From Eubacteriales bacterium (GTDB lineage Bacteria; Bacillota; Clostridia; Oscillospirales; CAG-272): 46,420 nucleotides of DNA. Shown here one piece after another: positions 28,251-38,956 of this stretch; positions within the stretch are counted from its first letter, which is position 1, and each line of letters opens with the position of its first letter. The stretch covers positions 1-46,420 of the forward strand of contig JAZOLJ010000104.1 in NCBI GenBank assembly GCA_045652845.1, written 5' to 3'. The notes under the pieces were generated by a model. That model was not told the origin of the DNA, did not search any database, and saw only the letters and a list, made by a program, of their open reading frames with translations. A program made the position numbers and the translations under genes.

Positions 28251-29450
28251 ATGTTCAAGAAAAAAGAATGTGTGGCAATGCTCCTTGCAGGCGGGCAGGG
28301 TAGCAGACTTTACGCACTCACCGACAAAACGGCAAAGCCTGCCGTTACCTTTGGCGGCAAATACCGTATTATTGATTTCCCCCTTTCTAACTGTGTCAAT
28401 TCGGGGCTTGACACGGTAGGCGTGCTGACGCAGTATCAGCCCCTTGTGCTAAACGAATATATTGGCACGGGTCTGCCGTGGGATCTTGACCGTAGCTACG
28501 GCGGCGTGAAGATCCTGCCCCCCTATCAGGGCAAGGGCGGTGCCGATTGGTACCGAGGCACGGCAAACGCTATTTATCAAAATATGCAGTTTATCGAGCG
28601 TTACGATGCCGACTACGTGCTGATCCTTTCGGGCGACCATATTTATCATATGGATTATTCGAGGATGCTTGATCATCATAAGAAAACGGGTGCTGCCTGC
28701 ACCATTGCCGTGCTTGACGTTCCCCTCGAGGAGGCAAGCCGCTTTGGCATTATGAGCACGCACGAGGACGGCACCATTTACAGGTTTACCGAAAAGCCCA
28801 AAAATCCCGACAGCACCAAGGCATCTATGGGTATTTACGTTTTCACCCGTAAAAAGCTCTTTGATTATCTGATCGCCGATGAGAGGGACCCCAATTCCGA
28901 CAACGATTTCGGTAAAAATATCATTCCTGCCATGCTTGCCGCAGGCGAAAAAATGATGGCGTATTCCTTTGAGGGCTACTGGAAGGACGTTGGCACCATC
29001 GACTCTCTTTGGGAGGCGAATATGGATATTCTCGGCGAGGATCCCGTGCTCAAGCTGAGCGACGGGCATTGGCGCGTGCTGTCGCGCCACGAAAACGCAC
29101 CGCCTCAGTATATCGGGCCTAACGCGGTCCTTGAAAACGTATCGGTTACCGAGGGCTGCGAGATCCTTGGCACTGTAAAAAACTCGGTGCTCGGCGAGAA
29201 CGTGCGCATAATGGAGGGTGCCGTGGTGGAGGATGCCGTTTTGATGGGCGATTGCATTATCCACGAGGGCGCACGCGTTTGTTACGCCATCATCGACCGT
29301 GACACAGAGGTATGCAAGGGTGCCACGGTTGGCAAGCCCCGCGCTGTGGCAAAGGGGATTGCCGTGATCGGCGAGGGTGTTGTGGTAGCGGAAAATACCG
29401 CCGTTGCCGACGGTGAGATCGTTTCGGATAAAGGAGGTGCACAAGCATGA
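28251..29450 (+). CDS. glgC: Glucose-1-phosphate adenylyltransferase, catalytic subunit
   Basis: [69 protein letters not shown]. Confidence 0.96.
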   Translation: MFKKKECVAMLLAGGQGSRLYALTDKTAKPAVTFGGKYRIIDFPLSNCVNSGLDTVGVLTQYQPLVLNEYIGTGLPWDLDRSYGGVKILPPYQGKGGADWYRGTANAIYQNMQFIERYDADYVLILSGDHIYHMDYSRMLDHHKKTGAACTIAVLDVPLEEASRFGIMSTHEDGTIYRFTEKPKNPDSTKASMGIYVFTRKKLFDYLIADERDPNSDNDFGKNIIPAMLAAGEKMMAYSFEGYWKDVGTIDSLWEANMDILGEDPVLKLSDGHWRVLSRHENAPPQYIGPNAVLENVSVTEGCEILGTVKNSVLGENVRIMEGAVVEDAVLMGDCIIHEGARVCYAIIDRDTEVCKGATVGKPRAVAKGIAVIGEGVVVAENTAVADGEIVSDKGGAQA

Positions 29451-30580
29451 CTGCTGCAGGAATTATCTTTTCCAACATTCACGATGCAACCGTGCCCGAG
29501 CTGACCGAGCGCCGCACGATGGCGAGCATTCCGTTTGGTGGCAGATACCGCCTGATTGACTTTGCACTTTCCAATATGGTAAACTCCGGTATTACCAAGG
29601 TTGGCGTGATTACTCACTATAATTATCAGTCGCTGCTCGACCACATCGGTAACGGCAAGGACTGGGATCTTGCCCGCCGCACGGGCGGCATTAAGATCCT
29701 GCCCCCCTTTATCACAGCCTATGACAATGCAGCTGCCGGGCGCGTGTACTCCACTCGTCTTGAGGCGCTGATGGGCGTGATGAATTTTATTGATCGCTGC
29801 AACGAGGAGGTGCTGGTGCTCTCCGATTGCGACGTGATCTGCAACGTGGATATTGCAGCCGTAATGAAGGCGCACGAGGCGCGCGGTGCTGATTTTACCG
29901 TTATCACCACCACCGTGGATACTGCCGTTCAAGCACTTGACAGACACTCCGAGGTGCCCGTGGTAGATCAAACGGGTCGCATTGTTGATATGGCTGAATA
30001 CAGCGGCGAGCGGGGCAAGGTCAAGATCTGTGCCGATATTTGGGTCGTGGGCCGTGCTTATCTCAAGCGCGTGGTGACCGAGGCGATCGCACACGGGCAT
30101 AAGAGCTTTTACAAGGACGTTATTCTCCGCAATCTTGCAAGAGATAAGTTTTATGCACACGAATACGACGGCTTTTTTGCCCGCATCAATTCGCTTGAAA
30201 GCTATTTTGGCTGCTCGATGCGTCTGCTTGACCCCGCCAATCGCGTAAACCTCTTTTACCGCCGCAACCAGCCCATCTTTACCAAGGTGCGCAACTCGGT
30301 GCCGACTCGCTTTGTGGGGGATGCCAAGGTAAAGGGCTCGATGATCGCGGATGGCTGTGTGATTGAGGGAACGGTTGAAAATTCCATTTTGTTCCGCGGT
30401 GTGAAGGTAGGCAAGGGAACGGTGGTGAAAAACTCGATCTTGATGCAGGATACCGTGACCGGCGACAATGTGCGCCTTTCCTGCGTGATCACCGATAAAA
30501 ACGTTACGATACGCGACGGGCGCGAGCTTTGCGGCTGCGAGAGCATGCCCTTTTATATCGGCAAGGGTATCATGGTTTAA
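29447..30580 (+). CDS. glgD: Glucose-1-phosphate adenylyltransferase subunit GlgD
   Basis: [46 protein letters not shown], hexapeptide C-terminus; lacks the GGxGxR motif; ATGA overlap with glgC. Confidence 0.93.
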   Translation: MTAAGIIFSNIHDATVPELTERRTMASIPFGGRYRLIDFALSNMVNSGITKVGVITHYNYQSLLDHIGNGKDWDLARRTGGIKILPPFITAYDNAAAGRVYSTRLEALMGVMNFIDRCNEEVLVLSDCDVICNVDIAAVMKAHEARGADFTVITTTVDTAVQALDRHSEVPVVDQTGRIVDMAEYSGERGKVKICADIWVVGRAYLKRVVTEAIAHGHKSFYKDVILRNLARDKFYAHEYDGFFARINSLESYFGCSMRLLDPANRVNLFYRRNQPIFTKVRNSVPTRFVGDAKVKGSMIADGCVIEGTVENSILFRGVKVGKGTVVKNSILMQDTVTGDNVRLSCVITDKNVTIRDGRELCGCESMPFYIGKGIMV

Positions 30581-30628
30581 CGGAGTTAGCAGTTTTTGAA
30601 GTTGAGAACTCAATATTTAGGAGAAAAT

Positions 30629-32065
30629 ATGAAAAAAATATTATTCGTGGGCGCGGAGGCAATGCCCTTTGCCGCAACGGGCGGTCTTGGTGACGTGCTG
30701 GGGTCGCTGCCGACGGCACTTGCTGCCGAGGGGGTAGACGTGCGCGTGATCATGCCTCTTTACGGTCAGGTAAGGGAGGAGTGGCGCGCCAAAATGAAGA
30801 CCGAGGCGGTTTTTACCGTAAATCTTGCGTGGCGGCAGCTCTATTGCGGCATCAAGTCACTCAAAAAGGATGGCGTTGTTTATTATTTTGTGGATAACGA
30901 ATATTACTTCAAGCGCGATGCCCTGTACGGCAGCTTTGATGACGGCGAGCGCTTTGCTTACTTTTCAATGGCTGTGATAGAGGCGATCGAAAAGCTTGGC
31001 TTTTATCCCGACGTGCTGCACGCACACGATTGGCAGGCTGCGCTTTCCGTGGTCTATCTTAACTGCCTTTACCGCCAAAGGGCGGGCTACGAGGGCATTC
31101 GCTCGGTGTTTACCATTCACAACATCGAATATCAGGGTCAGTACAATTTCGGCATCCTTGGCGACGTGTTCGCGCTTGGCATGGAGCAATATGGGCTGAT
31201 GGATTTCGGCGGCTGCATCAATTTGATGAAGGCGGCGATCGTTTCGGCAGATGCGGTCAGCACCGTTAGCCCCCGCTATGCCGAGGAGATCTGCACTCCT
31301 GCCTTTGGCAGAGGGCTTGATAGCATTTTGCGCGAAAACCGCCATAAGCTTTGCGGTATTCTCAACGGTATTGATTATAAGTACTACGATCCGGGGCAGG
31401 ACCCCACGATAGCCGTGCGCTACAGCTGGCGCACGCGCGAGAAAAAGCCCGAAAACAAGCTGGCGCTGCAAAAGGCGCTTCAGCTGCCCGTGAGGCGCGA
31501 CGTGCCCATGCTTGCCGTGATTACCCGCCTTGTGGCGCATAAGGGCCTTGACATCATGACCGAGATCCTTGGTAAGCTGATTGGCGAGAGCGACGTGCAG
31601 CTGGTAGTGCTTGGCTGCGGCGAGGCTGCCTTTGAGCATTATTTTAGCGAGCTTGCTCGCTGCTTTCCCGCGAAGGTGCGCGTGCTGTTAAAATATGACC
31701 GCGACCTTGCCAAGCAGATCTACGCAGCCTCAGATATCTTTTTAATGCCCTCGAAATCCGAGCCCTGCGGTCTCTCACAAATGATCGCCTCTCGCTACGG
31801 CGCCATACCCGTGGTGCGCGAGACCGGTGGTCTTTACGACTCGATCAAGGGCTACTTTGAGGAGGGCAAAAGAATACATGGCAATGGCTTTACCTTTGCC
31901 GGCTACAGCGGTGCTGAGCTATACGAATGCATAAATGCCGCAGTTGCACTGTGGCGCAACGAGGAAAAGCGCGACGCTCTGATCGGCAGGATCATGAGAA
32001 CCGATTTTTCATGGTCGGCTGCCGCACGCGATTACCTTGCCATGTACGATACCACTAACGCATGA
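30629..32065 (+). CDS. glgA: Glycogen synthase
   Basis: PFAATGGLGDV, HAHDWQ, TIHNIEYQG, GILNGID, RLVAHKG, MPSKSEPCGLSQM, RETGGLYDS. Start re-called at ATG 30629 (AGGAG RBS). Confidence 0.96.
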   Translation: MKKILFVGAEAMPFAATGGLGDVLGSLPTALAAEGVDVRVIMPLYGQVREEWRAKMKTEAVFTVNLAWRQLYCGIKSLKKDGVVYYFVDNEYYFKRDALYGSFDDGERFAYFSMAVIEAIEKLGFYPDVLHAHDWQAALSVVYLNCLYRQRAGYEGIRSVFTIHNIEYQGQYNFGILGDVFALGMEQYGLMDFGGCINLMKAAIVSADAVSTVSPRYAEEICTPAFGRGLDSILRENRHKLCGILNGIDYKYYDPGQDPTIAVRYSWRTREKKPENKLALQKALQLPVRRDVPMLAVITRLVAHKGLDIMTEILGKLIGESDVQLVVLGCGEAAFEHYFSELARCFPAKVRVLLKYDRDLAKQIYAASDIFLMPSKSEPCGLSQMIASRYGAIPVVRETGGLYDSIKGYFEEGKRIHGNGFTFAGYSGAELYECINAAVALWRNEEKRDALIGRIMRTDFSWSAAARDYLAMYDTTNA

Positions 32066-32083
32066 TCCGGAGGAACCCCTAAG

Positions 32084-34522
32084 ATGAATTTTACCCCTAA
32101 TGCAAAAGAAGCAAAAAGGAACATTGAAGAAAAGCTTTCTCGCCACTTTGGCGTGACCGCTAAGGAGGCGACCCGTGAGCAGCTGTATAAGGCTGCCGCC
32201 CTTACCGTTAAGGATATCCTTGCCGAAAAGCGCAGTAGCTTTAAAAACAGAGTAAACGAGGCGGGTGCCAAGCGCGTGTACTATATGTGCATGGAGTTTT
32301 TGCTTGGTAGATCGCTGAAAACCAATCTTTGCAATCTCGGCTTGCAGGAAAGCTATCAAAAGGCACTCAAGGCGCTTGGTGCAGAGCTTGAGGAGCTTTA
32401 CGAGTGCGAGCCCGATGCGGGGCTTGGCAACGGTGGTCTTGGCCGTCTTGCCGCCTGCTTTATGGATTCACTTTCCTCGCTTGATTACCCCGCTACCGGC
32501 TTTTCGCTTTGCTACGAATACGGCCTTTTCAAGCAAATGATCGTTGACGGTATGCAAATAGAGCTGCCCGATGCATGGCTGCCCGGCGGTGAGGTTTGGC
32601 TTGCCCCTCGCCCCGACCGTGTGTATAAGGTCCATTTCGGCGGTCACGTGAAGGAGGAGTGGAAGAACGGCAGACTGGAGATCGCTTACGAGGGCGGCGA
32701 GGATTATGAGGCTGTGCCCTACGATATGATGATATCAGGTGCCGACAGCGACGCGGTATCGCAGCTGCGTCTTTGGAAGGCGCGCCCCGTGAGCAGGTTT
32801 AACATGGGCCTTTTCTCGCAGGGGCAGTATACCCGCGCAATGGAGGAAACGAACCAAGCCGATATCATTACCAAGGTTCTTTACCCCTCCGACAATCATA
32901 CCGAGGGTAAGCTGTTGCGCTTAACGCAGCAATATTTTTTGGTTTCTGCCTCCTGCCAAAGCATTATCCGTGACCATATGGCAGTTTACGGCAATCTTGA
33001 CAACCTGCCCGAAAAGGCATCGATCCACATCAACGACACGCACCCCGCGCTCTGCATCCCCGAGCTGATGCGTATTCTTATTGACGAGTATTTCTTCTCT
33101 TGGGATAAGGCGTGGGATATCGTGGTGCGTACGGTTTCTTATACCAACCATACCGTTATGCCCGAGGCACTTGAAACCTGGAGCGAGGATCTCTTTGCCT
33201 TGAAGCTCCCCCGTATCCACATGATCGTAAAGGAGATCAACGAGCGTTTTTGCCGCGAGGCGTGGCAGCATTTCCCGGGCAGCTGGAACCGCATTTCCGC
33301 CCTCAGCGTGATCGCTTACGGTCAGGTGCGCATGGCAAACCTTTCGGTGATCGGCTCGCACAAGGTAAACGGCGTGTCAAGGCTGCACTCCGATATTTTG
33401 GTGGATACCGTGTTTAAGGATTTTTACCGCATGTATCCCGGTCGCTTTACCAACGTAACAAACGGCATTGCCCACCGCCGCTGGCTGGTTTACTCAAACC
33501 CCGAGCTTGCCGCCCTGCTTGACGAGTGCATTGGTGAAAATTACCGCCACGAGCCCGAGCGTCTTGCCGACTTTCTCAAGTTTGCAGATGATGCGGCGGT
33601 GCTGGAGCGTCTGGCACAGATCAAGCATAACAACAAGGTAAAATTTGCAAAGCACCTGCAAAAAAGGACGGGTATTTTGCTTGACACGGACTCTATTTTT
33701 GACGTGCAGATCAAGCGCTTGCACGAGTATAAGCGCCAGCTGCTCAATGCCCTCAACATCATTGGTCTTTATCTTGATTTAAAGGATGATCCGAGCCTTG
33801 ATATAGAGCCTCAAACCTTTATTTTTGGTGCAAAGGCGGCACCCGGCTACGCTATGGCAAAGCGCATTATCAAGCTGCTTTGCATGATCGCGAGGGATAT
33901 CGAGCAGCATCCTGCCATTGCCGAAAAGCTGCGCGTGGTGTTCCTTGAGGATTATAACGTCAGCACTGCCGAGGCACTCATACCCTCGGCTGAAATCAGT
34001 GAGCAGATCTCGATGGCAGGCAAGGAGGCAAGCGGCACGGGCTGCATGAAGCTGATGATCAACGGTGCCCTTACCATCGGTACGCTTGACGGTGCAAACG
34101 TGGAGATGCAGGCGGCAACGGGGGCGCAAAATATGTTTATCTTCGGTCTTACCGCCGCCGAGGTCAGCGAGCTTTGGAGCAAGGGCTACAATTCGGCACT
34201 GTATTATGCACAAAACGAGCGTTTGGCACGCATTGTTAATTACCTCAACGTTGGCTTTGCGGGTGAGAATTTCTCGGATATCGCCACTTATCTGTTGGCA
34301 GGCCCCGGCGTTGCCGACCCCTATCTTTGCCTTGCCGATTTCGAATCCTACCGCCAAGCACATCTCGCGGCACTTGATGCCTATGCGGATAAAACGCGCT
34401 GGAACCGTATGTCCCTTGCCAACATTGCGGGTGCAGGCTTCTTTGCCGCTGACCGCAGTATCAACGATTACGCAAGAGATATTTGGGATCTTGAGCGTTT
34501 GCCTGCCGAAACGAAGAAATAA
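32084..34522 (+). CDS. glgP: Glycogen/maltodextrin phosphorylase
   Basis: EFLLGRSL, DAGLGNGGLGRLAACF, INDTHP, YTNHT, TNGIAHRRW, KRLHEYKRQ, PLP motif EASGTGCMK, GTLDGANVE. Confidence 0.96.
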   Translation: MNFTPNAKEAKRNIEEKLSRHFGVTAKEATREQLYKAAALTVKDILAEKRSSFKNRVNEAGAKRVYYMCMEFLLGRSLKTNLCNLGLQESYQKALKALGAELEELYECEPDAGLGNGGLGRLAACFMDSLSSLDYPATGFSLCYEYGLFKQMIVDGMQIELPDAWLPGGEVWLAPRPDRVYKVHFGGHVKEEWKNGRLEIAYEGGEDYEAVPYDMMISGADSDAVSQLRLWKARPVSRFNMGLFSQGQYTRAMEETNQADIITKVLYPSDNHTEGKLLRLTQQYFLVSASCQSIIRDHMAVYGNLDNLPEKASIHINDTHPALCIPELMRILIDEYFFSWDKAWDIVVRTVSYTNHTVMPEALETWSEDLFALKLPRIHMIVKEINERFCREAWQHFPGSWNRISALSVIAYGQVRMANLSVIGSHKVNGVSRLHSDILVDTVFKDFYRMYPGRFTNVTNGIAHRRWLVYSNPELAALLDECIGENYRHEPERLADFLKFADDAAVLERLAQIKHNNKVKFAKHLQKRTGILLDTDSIFDVQIKRLHEYKRQLLNALNIIGLYLDLKDDPSLDIEPQTFIFGAKAAPGYAMAKRIIKLLCMIARDIEQHPAIAEKLRVVFLEDYNVSTAEALIPSAEISEQISMAGKEASGTGCMKLMINGALTIGTLDGANVEMQAATGAQNMFIFGLTAAEVSELWSKGYNSALYYAQNERLARIVNYLNVGFAGENFSDIATYLLAGPGVADPYLCLADFESYRQAHLAALDAYADKTRWNRMSLANIAGAGFFAADRSINDYARDIWDLERLPAETKK

Positions 34523-36456
34523 TGCTAACGAAACAACCGCTTGCATTCCCCATGCCAAGCCTTACAAAGCACGTAAACGGCAGGGAAGTGACCGCGCGCG
34601 GGGCGTTTTTCTGCCGTGACACCGTAGTGCTCACAGCCGAGGTGCCGCGCATGATGGGTGCCGCGGGTGTGGTGCTGCGCATCGCGCCCGACGGCGGCGC
34701 GGACCGCGACTACCCCCTTGCCTTTGTTACCACGGGGGGCGGTGTGGATATCTACCGCCTTTCACTCTCGCTGACCGCGTTATGTGCCCCCCGCACGCAT
34801 GGGCTTTTTTACTATGAATTTTTGTTTTTGCGCGGCGCGGATACGCTGTTTACCGACACGCGCGAGGATAACGTGAGCTTTACGCTTTCCGGCTGTAGCC
34901 GCGGTCGCTTTCGGCTTTTGGTGGCGGAAAACGATTTTAACACGCCCGCGTGGTTTCACGGCAAGACCATGTACCATATTTTTGTTGATCGCTTCGCGCC
35001 CCGTGGCGGGGAGCGACCTGAGGGCGCGTTGTATCACGAGAGCTGGCACGAGGAGATAGAGCAATTTGGTGCTTATCCCGGTGCGCCCGTTGCCAATAAC
35101 GAGTTTTTCGGCGGCACGCTGTGGGGTATTATCGATAAGCTGGATCATCTTGCCTCGCTTGGCGTTGGCGTGATCTATCTTTCGCCTATTTTTAAATCGG
35201 TATCTAACCACAAGTACGACACGGGGGATTACGAAACAGTTGAGCCACAGTTTGGCGGCAAGCAGGCACTGGAGGCACTGATCGCCGCGGCTGCGGCGCG
35301 CGGCATTGGCATTATGCTTGACGGCGTGTTCAATCACACGGGCGACAACAGCCGTTATTTTGACCGCTACGGTACCTATGGCGGCAACGGCGCGTATCGA
35401 TCCGTCAAATCGCCTTATTACGATTGGTTCTATTTTAAAAAGCACCCCGACAGTTATGAGTGTTGGTGGGATATTCCGATCCTGCCAAAGCTTAATCTGT
35501 CGCACCCTGCCACCCACCAATATTTCGTGGGCGAGGGCGGCATTGTGGATACGTATACAAGGGCGGGCGTAATGGGCTGGCGGCTTGACGTGGCAGACGA
35601 GCTCCCCAACGCCTTTCTTGACGAGCTGCGCCTGCGTGTAAAAAACGCTACCAACGGCTGCGGCGTGGTGCTGGGCGAGGTTTGGGAAAATGCCGCCGAT
35701 AAGATCGCGTACGGCAAGCGTCGCCGCTATCTTGAGGGGGCGCAGCTTGACAGCGTGATGAATTATCCCCTGCGACGGGGTCTTATTTCCTTTGTGCGTG
35801 ACGGGGATGCTGCAGCACTTGCCTCGGTTTTGCGCCAGCTGTGGGGCTCCTATCCCGAAACGGTTTGCCATAGCCTGATGAACGTTCTCTCCACGCATGA
35901 TACCGAGCGCATTTTAACCACGCTTGGCGGCAAGCCCGACGATGGGCGCTATACGAATGCCGAGCTGCGCGTGATGCGCATGACCCGGGCGGAGCGCGCT
36001 GTGGCTGTGGCACGCCTGCGTATTGCCGCCGCGCTGCAGTTTACCGTGTTTGGCGTGCCCTCGGTCTTTTACGGGGATGAGGCGGGCATGGAGGGCTATC
36101 ACGATCCCTTCTGCCGCCGCCCGTACCCTTGGGGGCGTGAGGATAAGACACTGCTTGCATACTACCAACGTCTTGGCAAGATCAGGCGGGAGAATGCCGT
36201 TTTTGCCGACGGTGATTTTGAGCTTGTGAAGGAAGGCCTCCACGCGCTTGCCTTCGCGAGAAGAAATGAAAAAGAGCATATTCTGGTGGCGGCAAATTGC
36301 GGCAAGGAGCCGTTTTGCGTCACACTGCCGCGCCCCGCGCTTGACCTGCTTTCGGGCAAGCGCTTTGCGGGCGAGGTAACGCTCCTTGAGGGCGAAGTTT
36401 ATATTTGGAGGCTAAAGCATGTTTCGTCGCGTGATCGAGCATTACACAAAAAGTAA
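34522..36456 (+). CDS. GH13 alpha-glucan hydrolase (neopullulanase/cyclomaltodextrinase/debranching-like)
   Basis: YHIFVDRF, SNHKYDT, DGVFNH, GWRLDVADE (nucleophile), GEVWE (acid/base), STHDTER, YGDEAG, DPFCR; TAATG coupling to glgP; no signal peptide. Confidence 0.9.
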   Translation: MLTKQPLAFPMPSLTKHVNGREVTARGAFFCRDTVVLTAEVPRMMGAAGVVLRIAPDGGADRDYPLAFVTTGGGVDIYRLSLSLTALCAPRTHGLFYYEFLFLRGADTLFTDTREDNVSFTLSGCSRGRFRLLVAENDFNTPAWFHGKTMYHIFVDRFAPRGGERPEGALYHESWHEEIEQFGAYPGAPVANNEFFGGTLWGIIDKLDHLASLGVGVIYLSPIFKSVSNHKYDTGDYETVEPQFGGKQALEALIAAAAARGIGIMLDGVFNHTGDNSRYFDRYGTYGGNGAYRSVKSPYYDWFYFKKHPDSYECWWDIPILPKLNLSHPATHQYFVGEGGIVDTYTRAGVMGWRLDVADELPNAFLDELRLRVKNATNGCGVVLGEVWENAADKIAYGKRRRYLEGAQLDSVMNYPLRRGLISFVRDGDAAALASVLRQLWGSYPETVCHSLMNVLSTHDTERILTTLGGKPDDGRYTNAELRVMRMTRAERAVAVARLRIAAALQFTVFGVPSVFYGDEAGMEGYHDPFCRRPYPWGREDKTLLAYYQRLGKIRRENAVFADGDFELVKEGLHALAFARRNEKEHILVAANCGKEPFCVTLPRPALDLLSGKRFAGEVTLLEGEVYIWRLKHVSSRDRALHKK

Positions 36457-36757
36457 AAATCCCAAAAGCGTGCGCTATAAGTGGGATATGGCAAAGCGAA
36501 TCTGCGGGCATCACGTGAAATACGTGAGTGAGCGCATTGATAACGTGGACGAGGTGATCGGAAAATCGGGGTCGCTTAACATTAAGGATGACGAGCTGCT
36601 GGTTTATGCCTCGTTTGACGTGCTGATGCGCTGCAAGATCGCCGAGATGGATGCCGCGGAGCTGATGTCAAAGGATGGCGTGGTGATCACCGCCCCCGAT
36701 CTTGAGCACGGCGGCAAAATGCGCACCGTGATCGTGCATTACGTATATTATAGGTAA
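36419..36757 (+). CDS. Hypothetical protein (112 aa), last gene of the glg operon
   Basis: GGAGG RBS 8 nt before ATG, host-like codon usage, overlaps the GH13 3' end by 38 nt, followed by a terminator. Confidence 0.7.
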   Translation: MFRRVIEHYTKSKNPKSVRYKWDMAKRICGHHVKYVSERIDNVDEVIGKSGSLNIKDDELLVYASFDVLMRCKIAEMDAAELMSKDGVVITAPDLEHGGKMRTVIVHYVYYR

Positions 36758-36827
36758 AAGCAATAAAAAGCGAGGGGAAGCTCTTTTTAAAGGAGCCTCG
36801 CTGCGCTCTTTGCTTGAACAAGGTGCC

Positions 36828-36867
36828 AAACAAAAAACCACCCGCCATGCGGGTGTTTTTTTTGTTT
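36828..36867. terminator. Bidirectional intrinsic terminator between the glg operon and the ABC operon
   Basis: AAACAAAAAAC-CACCCGC-CAT-GCGGGTG-TTTTTTTTGTTT between convergent genes. Confidence 0.8.
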
Positions 36868-38956
36868 AGTGTAGGCTGTCGTATTTGATGGGATCCTCAT
36901 CGGGGGTGCTGTAAAGCTTCATCGTGTCGTTGATGATCTTTTTGATGCGTGAGGATACGGTGTAGAACTCACCCGCGCCGTTTACCGTGGTAAAGTATTG
37001 GCGGGGGTACTTGTAATCTTGATAGAAGCAATATTCAAGCACGATCGGATCGCCCGAAACCTCGTAATAGCCGGTAGTTTTATCAAGCTCACGCGGCACG
37101 TATTTGATGCGGATCACAAGTGCCGCACCCTCGGTGCCGGAGGCAATATGTGCCTGTCGCTCGGCTTCGGTCAGTGAGGAATAGCCCGAGCAAGCGGTGT
37201 AAAGCAGGGAGGTATAGAAGGTCTTAAACTGCGTGGCGTGCAGCCTGTTTCCTACCGCATCGCGGATCACGGCTTGGTCTGCAGAGATCTGCGAGGAAAT
37301 GGAGGGGTTCTTTTGCAGTGCCTCCAGCGTGGGGGTGTTGTCGATCCTAAAGGTTTCAAGGTAGCCGTTCGGGTATTGGTCTGCTATCCCGGGGGCGATC
37401 TTGATCATCATTTCCTCCATGTAGGCAATATTCCCCGAGAAGAGATCGTCGGAGATCCATTCCTCGGTGGTGTAAAACAGGAACCCAAGCTGCTCCTCGT
37501 TAAGAGCCACCACCATGTTATAGCCATCTTCAACGTTTGTGAAATCGTCGTCCTCTTTGTTGTAGGTGTAGCAGATGTTATACACCAGATAATAGCCGGC
37601 ATAGCTTTCCTCGCGGCCCTCCCAGTCCTTCTCGGTTTGCTTGTGACTGATCAAAATGATGTGCTTTTCCTGATCCTCGGGCTTGATCACATCCTTTTTG
37701 ATGTCCGCTTTATAGTTGCGATCCCGATTGAAGGTGAAGGTAAGCTGATACGCATAGGAATCGGTATCAAGCCCGTAGGGCTTCAGCCATTCGTTAAGAT
37801 CGTCCTCGGCAAGACTTTTGTGGCTGCCAAGCTTTACCACGTGGTCAGGTGTCCACGTGAAAAGCGAATAAAGACATCTGTCAACGCTGTTCGCGTTGAT
37901 CGAATAGCCTGAAAGAGTGCCGTTGGCTACGTAGGGAATGCTTGAATAATAGGTGTTTTGACGCTTGTCGATCGATCCGGTGTAGGAAAAGGAGACCAGG
38001 GGCGACGCGTTGCCGTTTTGGAAAATATTAAAATCGGTCACGTCAAAATAGTTGCTTGCTTCCATTTTGTTCGAGGCAGTGGGGGGGAATACGTAATCCT
38101 CCACGCGGCCAAGAAGGGCATCGGCATAGGTGCCGTTATATTCACTTGCGGTCAGCTCACTTAAAACGTACACTGCGTCACGACCCGCATAGCGCACGAA
38201 ATAGCCGTCGCCTGAGGGGATCTCGTTGCCGAGGATCACCTTGTGCTTGGTGCCGTTCATGGTGGTCAGAACAAAATAGTTTGTGGCATCATTGGGGTTT
38301 TCGGGAAGACCGTATTCGGCGTATCCAAGCTCCTTGACGCGGTTTGTATCAAGGCGTAAAAGGGTTTGGGTCCTGCCCGTACAGTAGACCAGTGTAGCAA
38401 AAAGCGTGGTCTGGTCAACCGACAGATCCTGTCTGCCCTCAATGATGAATTTCATTGTTTCCTCGCCCGTTGCGGTATCGGTCGCCTTGATTTTGATGAA
38501 TTTAAAGGAGCCTTTTTTGTTATGCACCTCAATTTCCGCCATATTGGCGCGCTCAACGAGTGGGTAAAGCAGCACGTCATAGGTGGTGGTGGAGGTGTCA
38601 AAGCGTATCGTTTCGCCATCCTCTACCAAAACGGCTGCCACGGTGCTGTGTTCTCCCGTTTCGCGGTTCACGTAAACGATGGTGCCTGCGGTGGTGACAA
38701 AGTTGCCGCCCTCGGTGGTGGAGAGCACGTCACCCGAGGTGGTTTGCAGCACGTATACGCCTTTCTTTTTTGCAACGTAATATTTCACGCCGTCGGTTGG
38801 GTCTATAAAGGCTGTACGCGAGGTGAAAAACAGCGTCAATCCCAACGCCACACCCAGCACCGCCACCGCGATCAGCAGATAAAGTGCTATGCGGCGTTGG
38901 CGCTGTAGTGCGGTTTTTGCCCGTACTATGGCGCGGTTTGTGGTTTGTTCGGTCAT
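36866..38956 (-). CDS. Membrane-anchored extracytoplasmic protein, DUF4340-like
   Basis: Basic N-terminus plus single TM, then a large Tyr/Thr/Asp-rich region with AEYGL..P, VILGNEIPSGDGYFVR..GRDAVYVL and a second KPYGLD motif; last gene of a GldA/F/G-like operon (ATGA overlap). Confidence 0.65.
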   Translation of the reverse strand: MTEQTTNRAIVRAKTALQRQRRIALYLLIAVAVLGVALGLTLFFTSRTAFIDPTDGVKYYVAKKKGVYVLQTTSGDVLSTTEGGNFVTTAGTIVYVNRETGEHSTVAAVLVEDGETIRFDTSTTTYDVLLYPLVERANMAEIEVHNKKGSFKFIKIKATDTATGEETMKFIIEGRQDLSVDQTTLFATLVYCTGRTQTLLRLDTNRVKELGYAEYGLPENPNDATNYFVLTTMNGTKHKVILGNEIPSGDGYFVRYAGRDAVYVLSELTASEYNGTYADALLGRVEDYVFPPTASNKMEASNYFDVTDFNIFQNGNASPLVSFSYTGSIDKRQNTYYSSIPYVANGTLSGYSINANSVDRCLYSLFTWTPDHVVKLGSHKSLAEDDLNEWLKPYGLDTDSYAYQLTFTFNRDRNYKADIKKDVIKPEDQEKHIILISHKQTEKDWEGREESYAGYYLVYNICYTYNKEDDDFTNVEDGYNMVVALNEEQLGFLFYTTEEWISDDLFSGNIAYMEEMMIKIAPGIADQYPNGYLETFRIDNTPTLEALQKNPSISSQISADQAVIRDAVGNRLHATQFKTFYTSLLYTACSGYSSLTEAERQAHIASGTEGAALVIRIKYVPRELDKTTGYYEVSGDPIVLEYCFYQDYKYPRQYFTTVNGAGEFYTVSSRIKKIINDTMKLYSTPDEDPIKYDSLH

